A stretch of DNA of 61,748 bases, the filler included, from Sphacelaria rigidula (taxonomy: Eukaryota), in NCBI GenBank assembly GCA_964200075.2. It is 7 parts of 7 records of this genome, joined end to end, with 100 filler letters (N's around TTAATTAATTAA, not from the genome) between each part and the next. Parts side by side here need not be neighbours in the genome. Positions count along the whole stretch, not along the records: positions 44,179 to 52,913 come from CAXNAA020010236.1; positions 53,014 to 61,748 come from CAXNAA020010237.1; 5 more parts are not named here. One strand, 5' to 3'. Of the stretch, positions 51,424 through 61,748 are shown in pieces. Both the position numbers and the translations under genes were made by a program. Numbering within the stretch: position 1 is the first letter of the stretch; every line of letters begins with the position of its first letter. The notes beneath the pieces are model-generated. The model ran no database searches. It was not told the DNA's origin and saw only the letters and a list, made by a program, of their open reading frames with translations.

Positions 51424-51902
51424 AGCAGCATTCACAACAACAACCAGCGGCTCTGCCGGTCTATCTGAGCGGGCTCTCTCCCGCTTACTCTCCCATACCC
51501 GGTGAAGCCGCCGAATTCTTCGACGATGGATTTATCAGCAACTCGCCACCAAGGAGAGAGTCTCTCTCCCCCGCGTCATCTCCTCGACATGGGGAATCGT
51601 TTGTCGGGGGCGTTGTCCACGGTATGCGTCTGGGAGCAATCCAGGAATCATCTTCGAGCCCTGCAGCATGCTCTGCGGGACTAGCCGATATTTTGTCTGC
51701 GCCGACGGCGGCGGGAGTAGCGACCATGGCAACAGGCACTAAGACCGGAGGTTCAGAATCACGCGGAGGTAGTGCGGGAGGCGGTGGCAGCCTCGGCGGC
51801 GACCAACGTGCGGTTCCAGTGAGCAAAATGCGTCGACAGAGCGTTCCTGTGTCGATGGCCATTGCTACGTCACTTGAGAATTCTGCTAGTACGCAGTTCC
51901 AG
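46602..51902 (+). CDS. Multi-exon gene, uncharacterised Gln-rich, low-complexity protein with coiled-coil segment (exons 46602-46667, 47241-47588, 48334-48569, 49100-50609, 51336-51902)
   Basis: All five exons are open and bounded by AG/GT with compatible phases (0,0,2,0). Heptad-like DQIKEELENAKVEVSHVESELRMLREEN..ASLHARLEAEREKNK, then poly-Q tracts. Start and end not found. Confidence 0.75.
47616..47698 (-). mobile_element. ~80-nt poly(C)-tailed retroposon-like element with 15-bp TSD, intronic
   Basis: TGTGCGGGTATGGGG is directly repeated at 47601-47615 and 47699-47713 around a G-run plus CGTCCCATTTTTTGCTTGCCTTAGTCGTTTGACCATTGACCACGCATCCCTTTCGAGACGGAGCACCGTCG. Confidence 0.9.
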
Positions 51903-52843
51903 GTATGTATCGAGGTTGTCATGACAACTATAACAGTACATGTCGGACGTCGGCGCATGAAAGTGAAGTATGAAGGCGCGCAGTTGATGAGTAGGTGATA
52001 CTCGCTACGTGATTTGTGTCTCTGTTGCGCACGAGCGAGTAAACAAGCTTGGCATACGAGTGTTGGAATTCAGGAAATAACAGTTCCGAACATATATACT
52101 CGAGATTAGCGGTGAAATCAGTCACGGTTCATCGCGATAACCATATATACTCCCCCTGATTCTCAATATAAGTGCAACAAGGATTTTTCGATTTTTCGAA
52201 AGATAAGTTCAATATCTCTTGAATCCATGATTTCGTCGTTGTTAGGGGTCGGGTGTGCATGAAATGTAGTGAGACCTCACATGGGTGGATGAAAAAAAAC
52301 CCGCTCAAGGCTAGGGAGGGGATGGTTGCTTGGCGTCCCCTGGTTGGATTTTCAAATACTCAGAATGTGGAGAGTTTCTACTGTATGGTGAGTGTTCCGG
52401 TGTGGCGATCTTGTCATCGATGGACGTCGAACAGGTATGACATGAGCATCGAATATCGCAAGAGTGAACGGGAGAAAAAGCCAACACCTAGAAAGGGAAG
52501 GGGATGGTTGGCAAGCGTCCCCTGGCTGGGGACGTCACGGCGAGTTCACCCCACCACAGCCTTACCCGGCGTGGTCGACACAGCGGCCCCTCTATTGCTG
52601 AACGGGGAAGCGTGCATACTCGCTTCTGGGGAGGGATCTATGTAATGGAGTGCACAGCACAGTTTTTCGGGGCCTTTTGTTATCATTTCGCATCGTCACT
52701 GGACAGCAGCCGAACTCCGCTGAAGCCGTCTGGTAGGCGCCTCGCCGTGGTACGCCGCCTTTGCTGCCAGCGAGCAGTTGCCGAATCGCGGCCTCCTTTC
52801 CCAAGTTGTTGAAATTCTTGCGCTTTGCCCCCGCGGAGCCCCT

Positions 52844-52913
52844 TGTAATGCGTGAGAGGACCGCGTGCTTAGAGGACCGCATCGGAATTTGAACACCCCT
52901 GTGGTTAGGGTTA
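52844..52913. mobile_element. Left end of a GTGTAATGCG-TIR MITE running into a gap
   Basis: TGTAATGCGTGAGAGGACCGCGTGCTTAGAGGACCGCATC followed by GGTTAGGGTTA. Confidence 0.75.
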
Positions 52914-53081
52914 NNNNNNNNNNNNNNNNNNNNNNNNNNNNNNNNNNNNNNNNNNNNTTAATTAATTAANNNNNNNNNNNNNNNNNNNNNNNNNNNNNNN
53001 NNNNNNNNNNNNNAGGAGAACACTGTTTTAGGCTTGAACCTCATCTCGGAGTTAAACCTCAATTCGCACAATTTGTTGTTA

Positions 53082-53366
53082 AATGAGATTTGAGGAGGCT
53101 AGCCAGTATGCGACAACAACCCGAAGGAAGTACCATTCGCAAGTGCCTCCGATCATTTGGGGGGGGAGGGGGGGGGGGTACTCATTTGTTGCTTGCCTTA
53201 GTCGTTTGACCATCGACCACGCCCCATCTCGAAAGGCCAGTAGTCAAACGACCAGGGCAGGCAACAAATGCGTACGCCCTCCCCCCCGAAAATGATCGAA
53301 GGCACTTGCGGACGGTACTTCCCTCGGGTTTTTGTTGCATACTGGCTAGCCTCCTCAAACCTCATT
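53082..53366. repeat. ~285-bp palindrome centred on two inverted partial poly(C)-element copies
   Basis: AATGAGATTTGAGGAGGCTAGCCAGTATGC.. is inverted against ..GCATACTGGCTAGCCTCCTCAAACCTCATT; inner arms are G-run+TACTCATTTGTTGCTTGCCTTAGTCGTTTGAC and its complement. Confidence 0.85.
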
Positions 53367-53399
53367 CCATTGATCAACCTCATTTTATAGAATCCCCTC

Positions 53400-56300
53400 T
53401 TATCAGCTCACTAGCGTTTTGAGGACGTCGCATATTGCTCAAACCTTGAATACGGACAGGATCATACGAAACAGTTCCCATGGAGTACACCGTACCACAC
53501 CACACCACTTCACTTGCGAAAAAAGTACACTTATGCGCAGCGACGAACAGACCAACACTTTCCAAGCGGCCAAGGATTTCAAGCAAAGCTAACAGTGCTT
53601 CTTCGGTTTCAGCAAAATAAAAAAACGTCATCCACCCACACTTTACAATCCAGACCTCGCAAAATGTCAGTCAACACACCTTGGAAATACGCCGTGGCGT
53701 TCAACACGCCCTGCGGAACATGAGTAGGCGTAAACAAACCGTCCGGTGACGATCGTGAAGATTTCCTGAGCCTCCGGTGCCAGAGACACCTGCCAATACC
53801 CCTGGAGCAGGTCCAACTTGCCGAAGCATTGGGCTCCCAGCAACTCCCTCATGTTCTTGGCTTGGCATCACTCCCGGAGACTGTTCCACTTGGGCGTTCA
53901 CCGCCTGATAGTCGCTGACCAAACGGAATGTGTCCCTTTTCGGCACCACCATCGCCGGACTCGCCCACACAGCCTGGATGTTCCTCACCACTAAATCAAA
54001 CACCACCAAAGCTGCGACGCATGAGGCAAGCTACCCGGTCTTCCCCGAATCGTACCGTCTGTGCTTGGCCTTCACCGCATTTGCCTGGGGTTTAAGCTGC
54101 ACTCTCATGGGCTCAACGCGCGCTGGCGGATCACCACGCAGCGCACGGCGAAAGGTATCCACGCGAGGAGCCGAAATATCGCGTAGACAATGTGCGCCAT
54201 CGGCGCTCGGGCCCTTTTGCTCGACCTGCCGCACACTATCCTCAAGCGCACGTTCTCGTGGACCTCTCTCCTCTGCTGGGCCCATGAACATATCCGGCTG
54301 CCGATCGACCCAGCGCTCTACCGCTTCATCAGCAGAAGCCTCCTCCTCATTGGCGCTCTGGAATGACCGTATGGATACGATCACACGCGTTGCAGCAAGA
54401 TAGATGGGATTTTCCACGCCGGTTTGCACCGGCACAGCACGCGGACGTAACTTCTCCAACGCCAGCGGGTATGGATCACCCCCAAGCTCCCTCATTGTCC
54501 CCATCCCAAATAGAACCACGTTGTCCCTGCCGGGCATGACAGCGAACGTAATGGGCTGCAACTGCACAGCCCCCCACGGCGTACGCACGCTAACAGTAGT
54601 AATCGGCACCGTTTTGTTGGTAACCGTCACGGGAGCACCCGTGGCGGTCTGTGCCGTTTGCGGTCCGTTTTCGAACGGAATCTGAAGCTGAGCGCTGCCA
54701 AACTGCGAAGACATCTGTTCTAGCAACCCCACACCGATCGACGTGAGCGCAACCCAGAATCCAGAATAACGCGGGCCATGAATGACCCTACAGAACCAGG
54801 CGAGGATAAATCTGCGCGTCAGCATTCAGCCTTGCGATTGACAGGTACCACGCCTACCGAAGATCCCTGTTCTGTCCCAAGAGTCACCTGACGTCAGGGC
54901 TGCTCTCCAGCACTTGGCATCGATAGCTGCGAATCGTCGGTCCCTCCAGGCTAAGTTGCCGAACATGCAGACGGCGCTGTTATAGCCGTCGCAGCAATAG
55001 GGAATGCGCCAGACACGGATCCTGCCTCGCTGAGGGGTTGTGAGCTATTCGCTCCATCACTCCCAACCGAAGTATTTGCATTTCCCCTGTACACTGTCTG
55101 CCCCGCTACGGACGAACGATAAGATCCAAATGTCACCACCTGATGACGTAGTGGAAGAAACAGCAGCGGAGATACCACCATCCGTCGCCGATTGCTTGCT
55201 ACCACGGCCGCCGCGCCCGCGTGCCTGATTGGCACGGCCCCGTCCACCGTGACGACCGCCCCGAGATCCTGATAAATCTCGTGCATTGCCCTGTGCCGCG
55301 CCTTGAGCGCGAGGCTTGGGGCAGTCCTCGACCATATGTCCGGTGTCGCCGCAGTTGTAACACGCGCGAGTGGACGACTCTCGCAAAGACGGCTCCTGTT
55401 TCTGTTGCTGTTGCTGTTTGCGTCGCATACCGCCTGCACTTGTTGCAGAGCCGCGCCGGCCATGTGCTTCAATGAACTTCCACTGGTCGGCCGCCTCAAA
55501 TATTCTTGTGAACATCACCGTCAGTTTTTCTTTCCAGCCGTCAACAGACGTTAGTACACTTTTAACATACGCCTTGAATTCCGGGGGCGAAATATCGTCC
55601 ACCAAAGCTATGGGAACCGACTCGGCCGGGCCTGGCAACCAACTCCTGTCTTCCGCACGGTACATGATTTGCACCAAGAGGTTCTCTGCAAAAAACCTTT
55701 CCATATATGTACTGACCATCAGAGCACGATCCCTGACAGTTTTCCCCCCGTTTTGCTTCATCGTAAGTACCCTACGCAGGTCTTCTGCAGCCTGCGCAGC
55801 GTCATACGTTCCACCGGTTGTAGTATACCCGGCATGCTGCTTCACAGCATCAAGCAATTCATCGCGGGTCATAACCCGACCGTCCTTGTACATGTCTTCG
55901 AAGCAGCGGTGAATGTAGACAGGAATGAGTTGCCCTATGCTAACTCTCTCATGCCGTATTATTCCTTCTGAATTCGCTAGACTCTACCGCTGTATGTATT
56001 CAAGCTATCTTGCGAGAAAAACGCGTGATGCCTCTTTTGTCCATACTTCTCCATACTTTGGCGGCTGCGGTGGCTCACCTAACACCAGAGGCGCCGCCGC
56101 CGCTTGAGCCATGTCGTCTACGCTTTAAACACTTCACGGAGAGACTCTTGCCTGACTTGTGCGTCCTCCAGCTCACTTGGCGCCCCCCTCTGCTGTGCGC
56201 TTCAAGTTTGTCGCCTCCTGTCTGTGGGCAAAACTGGCTTCAAGCTGCTGCCCAACTTTTCTCCTCAGCCAAAACTCTTCTAACAGAGTACTGGAAGAAT

Positions 56301-56400
56301 ACCTAGGTGTTATAGCCTCTGCCAGACGATCTGGACAAGAGACCTATCCACGAGGGACTCCTCCAGTAGCACTGGCCTCGTGCTCGAGAAATCCTTTCTT
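53400..56400 (-). mobile_element. 3'-truncated, decayed Ty3/Gypsy element (gag with CCHC knuckle, protease, RT)
   Basis: CYNCGDTGHMVEDC zinc knuckle; ILDSG protease motif near 54765; WASPAMVVPK..FRLVSDY..VN; FGKLDLLQGYWQ; VPQGVLNA; WVDD at 53627-53638; KCTFF. No RNase H or integrase. Confidence 0.92.
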
Positions 56401-57369
56401 CTCACTTGTTATTATCACCGAATGATCCTCAATAGACCACATCAAGAGCCAGACAGCAAGGGGCCACACAGATGAGGGTCATCAACCCAGGATCCTCTGT
56501 CCCCTGCGACTGCTCCAATCATGCATGCGATTGTACTGAAACCTATCGCTTGGTATCATTTAGCTACAAGCTATTTCACTATCTCCTAGACCGCGAGGGT
56601 AGTCCATCTGGATCGTGCATCCCTTTTTCATGTGAAATCGATGCCGACTCAACAGATGACCTATTCTCGCCATCTAAGGGTTAACAGGCCCCCACCCCCC
56701 CCTCAACACCCCCCCCCCCCCCCCCCCCCCACAAACCCCCAAAATTCCACTGCGGAAGCCACCAACAATCCCNNNNNNNNNNAGTGGACAAAACACTTCA
56801 CCTTTTCGCGCCACGTAAGGGTTCACCGCCCCCCACCCCCCCGCCCACCCCCCCCCCCCCCCTCCCCTTGAAAAGCCCCAGATGTTTCCGGATTGTTAGC
56901 AGTCGAAATGTCGTCTCCAGGAAATCTCACAGGGCCATTATAGCATATCTCACAAGTGTAGTCTTGAGGTGATATGGGGCCAGTGGCGAGGACCTATTAA
57001 TAACACTCATATTCAGCAATCAGCCATGTACTACTACTACTGCATTTCATTTGCGACAGTGGGATGATCGTGACGTGAGACTAGGTATAATGATTTTGTG
57101 GCTGTTGTATAACATTATTGACTTACGTTCGAAGACCTCAGGAACAGATGTCACACGTAGACAGATCGCACCCTGTAGCACGTGCTGCACAGGGTTCTTC
57201 GCAGTCTTTGTGAAAACCTCTGAACAGCATTTGCAAACCCTAGTACTTCTACCAGCATTTTGTGTAGCGTTTTTCTCGAGACCCTGTTAGCAACCCTGTA
57301 GAGAGGCACTCCCAATTTGAAACGTACACATTTTTTGGTATAAAATCTATAAACTTACTTATTTTGAGA

Positions 57370-57860
57370 ATCTGTTCGAAATAATTCCTCTTTTTGCGCG
57401 ATTTCCAATGGGTCAATCGGGCAAAAAGGAAAATTATTTTGGACAGCAGAAGAAGCTGCTCAAAAATAGATTTTTTTTGCCTAATTAAATTGGGCCAAAA
57501 AAGGATCTATCTTGAACAGCTTCATCTATTACACAAGTCCCATACAGATGTACGGGGTTCGTGGAGCAGATGAAGCTGTTGAGAATAAATCATTTTTTTG
57601 CCCCGTTGAATTGCGCAAAGAAAGGATTTATTTTCAACAGCTTCATCTGCTCCACAAACTCGATACACACACTGGCAGATTTGGAATATATACAGGAGAA
57701 AAGTTCGAAATAATCCCTCACTTTGCCCGCTGATTCGTCCGGAAATTGGGCAAAAAGAGAACTTATTGCGAACAACCTCAACTGTGCAAGTTCCGCACAC
57801 CGCACCGTAATCAGCGGATGGGATCCGAGATGCAGCAAAGATTGTTGAAAATTCATCATT
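57370..57860. repeat. Array of alternating inverted repeats (multiple hairpins)
   Basis: Repeated AAATA..TTTTTGC(C/G)..GGGCAAAAA..TTATT stems and GAACAGCTTCATCT / AGATGAAGCTGTTG in alternating orientation. Confidence 0.7.
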
Positions 57861-58282
57861 TTGCCCCCAATTTATATATCAATTGGGCTGAAGGACAGAG
57901 TACAAATCTCGAACACTGCTTACGAGTGTATGTTCACACGCCTAAGCTTAGATACGATGCTTTGGCTTCAGGCGTGGAAGCTAGAATGATGGTGTATACC
58001 TCACATATCTATGCGCATAATTCATAAAAACCCCGTGGTCCAATGTCCACCGAGACAAACCACGAAAAAATCACTCAACCGATCATGCTTTTGTTTATGG
58101 AGGTTTTTGCTTGATATTTATTTGAAGCACAAAACGTTACGTATCGTTGCCAACAAATCGGGTAGCTCAATGTATACCTCGTCATACTCCCAAGCTCCCA
58201 AACATGAGGTCGATTCCTATCACAGCACTTCTGGACCGTTTCTTCTGCCAGTACCATGCCCATGCTGTATAGTGGAGTATAT

Positions 58283-58548
58283 TGTTATTATCATTATTAT
58301 TATATCCGTCACATTAGCTCGATCTTTCGAACCCGTGGTCACAGAGTGCAAGGAGCATACCACCCATACCCATAACCCAAACAGCCCGCAGAAGAAGGCA
58401 AGAAAAACACAATCTACACGAAAAAAGGGCACCTACACTACGAACGATCCGTATGAGATCGATTGAACTCCAGGAGACCTACTTGTACTGGAATCTAAGA
58501 AATCCCCGCCATCTGACCTCTCCGACTACTTTGCCACGTACTGGTGTA
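58283..58548 (-). mobile_element. Non-LTR retroelement 3' fragment with (TAA)n tail, second copy
   Basis: Homologous to 43497-43778. Confidence 0.65.
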
Positions 58549-58838
58549 TACACAAAGTAGTAACAGCGAGTGAGCCGATAATCGAAACTGTCGCATAGAA
58601 CAGAGACCAATCCCAAAATAGATCTACTGTCTGGAGTGCTGTTCAAAGAGATGCTCTACAGAACCTGCGCACCGGAGACTGAACGACGCTAGTTAGGAAG
58701 ATCCAAAAAAGACAAGAAGAACATACATCCTCTCTGGTGTCCACGATTTCCAAACAGTGCTCCCTGTGCTTCCTTTCGTGATGAAATACTTCCTTCGTTA
58801 TGCACTCTGGTTCTGGTCTGTGGTAACTTCTCGTCCAG

Positions 58839-61203
58839 GAGGCTCACCCGGACCTAACCCGTCCGTCGACGAACGCTCCTCTTCCATCATTGTCGCCGAA
58901 ACCAGTCTACTCGCCGGCACACGTTGCTTTGTATCAAGTTGTATCAGGTTTGCGTGCCAGCTTTCGACAGCAGTGTCAACTGCCTCCGCGCACACACCGT
59001 ATCCCAACCTGCCCACACTCAGGTTATAGACACATTACACTGCCTGTAACGCAGGATATGCCCGCACTCAGGGTGTGTTGACATATTTTACTGCTGCATT
59101 ACATCAGGGGTGGGTGTGCGTGATGAGCACGGCGCTGACCCAACTCTAGTACCACACCTCGGCCTGGGCCAAGGGTGGCAGTGAGAGGGAATCACTCCAT
59201 GAAGGTGATTCCGGCCCTACACCCGCCGAAACGATCTTCCCCACGCCGTACCGACAAGATCGGTTATGGCCTCCGTCGGAGGACGGGAAACGGACGTATG
59301 TTGTATGTGCACTATGAACACTGTACAGCATACTAACACCAACAATGAACAGTACCCGGGTTGACGAAACCCTGGGAAGCGTACTGTGCGGCGCGAAAAG
59401 AATTCCTACAGCCAAATCCCCGCGAGAAACAGTGCACAGTTTACCTGAAACCCTGTGAAGCGTACTGTGCGGCGCAGAATGGCACCCTACAGCCAAATCC
59501 CCGCGAGAAACACTGCACAGTTTCCCTGAACCCTGTAGGCGTGCCCCACAGGGTGCTATCTGTCCACGTGCGGTGCCAGGTAGCTTGCAAGTGTTATCTA
59601 TCCGGTATCACAGAGAAGTGTGACTCGCCCGTATCCATATGTTGAGTAGGTCGTATGGGATGTCTATGTAACGGGGGGCGGAAATTGATAATGTACATTT
59701 CAATTTGGGTTGGTATGAGCGTTGAAGTTTTGTTTTTGCAGTAGAGCGGGTGTAAGAATTGAAACAAACATCGACCGATTCAGTGATAAATATGCAGCTG
59801 GTGGTACATGCCCTGAGATTACTCCGGTGCATACACATAAAATGTGACTATATTATTGCTTACGGGTAAGCTTAATGATGTAGTGAAAATGAGTAAGTGT
59901 AGTCGTATCCAGTCTGCGCTGTCCCCAATGTCTCTCGCTAATATCTCCCATAAACTAATACGCAGTTCACCGGAAACCAAAAGAAGGGGGGTGGGGGATT
60001 TAATTTACGTGTTGGCGAATCACCCGGTGTCACGGTAGTTCCAGCATCGTAACAACGGTAGAATCCAACTCACACCTTGAAGTCAGGCTTGGTTCGAGTG
60101 TCATTCCACATATTTCTGACAGAGCAAATGTAACGGTTTGCGCGAGTACGATCATGCCAATAATACATGCAGTAGTAATCAAAGAGGAGCGCTTGTTTAC
60201 AACAGTTTGAACATATCGATATACATAGAATGAGGTGACACATTTTTACGATTCGAAGTATGAGTTCCTTATGAAGGGATGCTGACGAGGCTTCACATGG
60301 TTCTCCGAGCGTCAGAAGCTGCTTCACATGGCTTGCCATAAGCTATACGACGAGCTGGTTCACTCTGATTCGTCTTTTCCTTACGTGTGTACAATGAAAA
60401 TATACATGGGGTAGTAGAAGTTCCATCACCTGCAGCATGAAATTGCGGGGGCATTCTATCACTTTTTTTGTGGTGGCTCCGCTGGGCTGTCGACGGGGCT
60501 CATCAGAGCCCACCGCAAATTCGATCTGAATATTAGAAACTATTAGCAAGATTCGACGATCCCTGACTGCTTCGCGGTGAAATATTCCCGTCGCGGGGCA
60601 TCATGTTCCTGAGCCCATCAGGGAGTACCCCCTCCCTCCCTTTCTATTTTCGAGTTTTGGACGTGTGGGCGTGGTGCTCACTTTGAAACAAAATGGACCC
60701 ACCGTTAGCTATCAACGTATTCCCCGTCGATGCAGGGTTGACTTGTTGCCGTCTTGTGTCAAATGAGTTGACACTGCCCCGCCATGCTGTAGTAGCTACT
60801 TTTGCCATATTTCACGGAATCTGCGTAGCACTTAAAGCTACTTCGAGTTTTCACCTTCTACTCAGACTGCGCTATACTGTATGGCACTACGTTGGATGGC
60901 AATGTCAGGCGGCCTGTTTCATGTAGGGATATCACTCTGACTACTGCGTAGTACGGTCAGTATTTACGCAGCCCGTTCTTTGTGCGAGTACCCGTTTTAG
61001 CAGTGGGTGGCAATGCGACAACCAGCCATCACCTCGCTCCCGTGCATCACGTTCGGTTTGTGTTCAACGTTCAACGCCCACCCATGCACTCGTATCGACA
61101 GCATCCGAAGCCCGATGCGGCCAACGCTACTACCGACATCGAAGTGCCCCACGTCGTGGCTCATCCGCTTACTGAAGCTGCTGGGAACCGACCGGCAGAT
61201 GAG
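58839..61203 (+). CDS. Candidate downstream exons of the Gln-rich gene (58839-~58940, 59150-59295, 60972-61203)
   Basis: CCAG, CTAG and GCAG acceptors; GTATGT and GTGAGT donors. 59150-59295 ends in phase 2 and 60972 starts compatibly. Donor of the first exon is ambiguous, and linkage across gaps is unproven. Confidence 0.4.
59366..59545. repeat. 81-bp tandem duplication (~2.2 units)
   Basis: GAAACCCTG.GAAGCGTACTGTGCGGCGC starts at 59366 and 59447, with a partial third unit. Confidence 0.85.
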
Positions 61204-61748
61204 GTGAGTGTGCGGCATGACGACGGTGGACCGCTGCTAGCTGTGTCATGGTGACTCGACAATGCAATGCTGGATGCAGGCACTTCCTGATCGCGGACAG
61301 CATACATCGCCATGGTTTCGTAATGTACATACAGTGGTACTTTCATTAAGGTTGGGGACTGGACCAGTATCTACTGAAAGTATTCCTGTACTGGCAGTTT
61401 TCCTGTACTGCGTCAGAGGCTGCCAGTACAGCTAGTACATACCCATATTGCGTACGTCATATATTATGCCTCCTGAACCACATGGAATCCCACCGAAACT
61501 GCGCCGCATGAGAGGCAGGAGAAGAGAGAGGTTGAGAACAGGGCAGACATACACTAGAGGAAGACCACAAAATCGATGGACCAACATGTCACTAGCAGCA
61601 TCAGCCCGCCCGCTTCAGACCCGAGCCGGGGGCCTCAGACCCCTGAACCCGCCGCGGCCTCCAGCGAATCACGATTGTTTAAGTTTTTCTCTGGGTATAC
61701 TCAGAGCTATTTGAAGGAGAAATGTTTTCGCACCCGGGCAGGCATCAT

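Noticed and set aside
56440-56690. Primer-binding site (TGGCCCCTTGC, minus strand) and 5' LTR of the second Gypsy
   Set aside because: No adjacent CA LTR end, no second LTR for comparison, and no tRNA match I can verify.

Overview
Repeat-dense eukaryotic scaffold segment with several N-gaps, most carrying an artificial TTAATTAATTAA linker. Long GT-AG introns, short exons and the retroelement types suggest a brown alga or related stramenopile (inference). Contents: a decayed + strand Ty3/Gypsy element (~26.5-35.2 kb; gag-like, protease, RT, RNase H, integrase); a truncated - strand Gypsy (~53.4-56.4 kb); a multi-exon + strand gene for a Gln-rich coiled-coil protein (46.6-51.9 kb, possibly to 61.2 kb); many MITEs and foldbacks; a tRNA-derived SINE; LINE-type 3' fragments; and minisatellites. 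Most unusual signals: (1) an ~80-nt structured, interspersed element with a poly(C) rather than poly(A) tail, flanked by 15-17 bp target-site duplications at C-run sites; (2) a Gypsy integrase ending in a chromodomain followed by a PWWP/Tudor-like module; (3) a ~300-bp MITE group sharing one internal core with telomere-like repeats but with unrelated terminal inverted repeats; (4) a 1.3-kb spacerless palindrome. All alignments were done by eye; no database searches were run.
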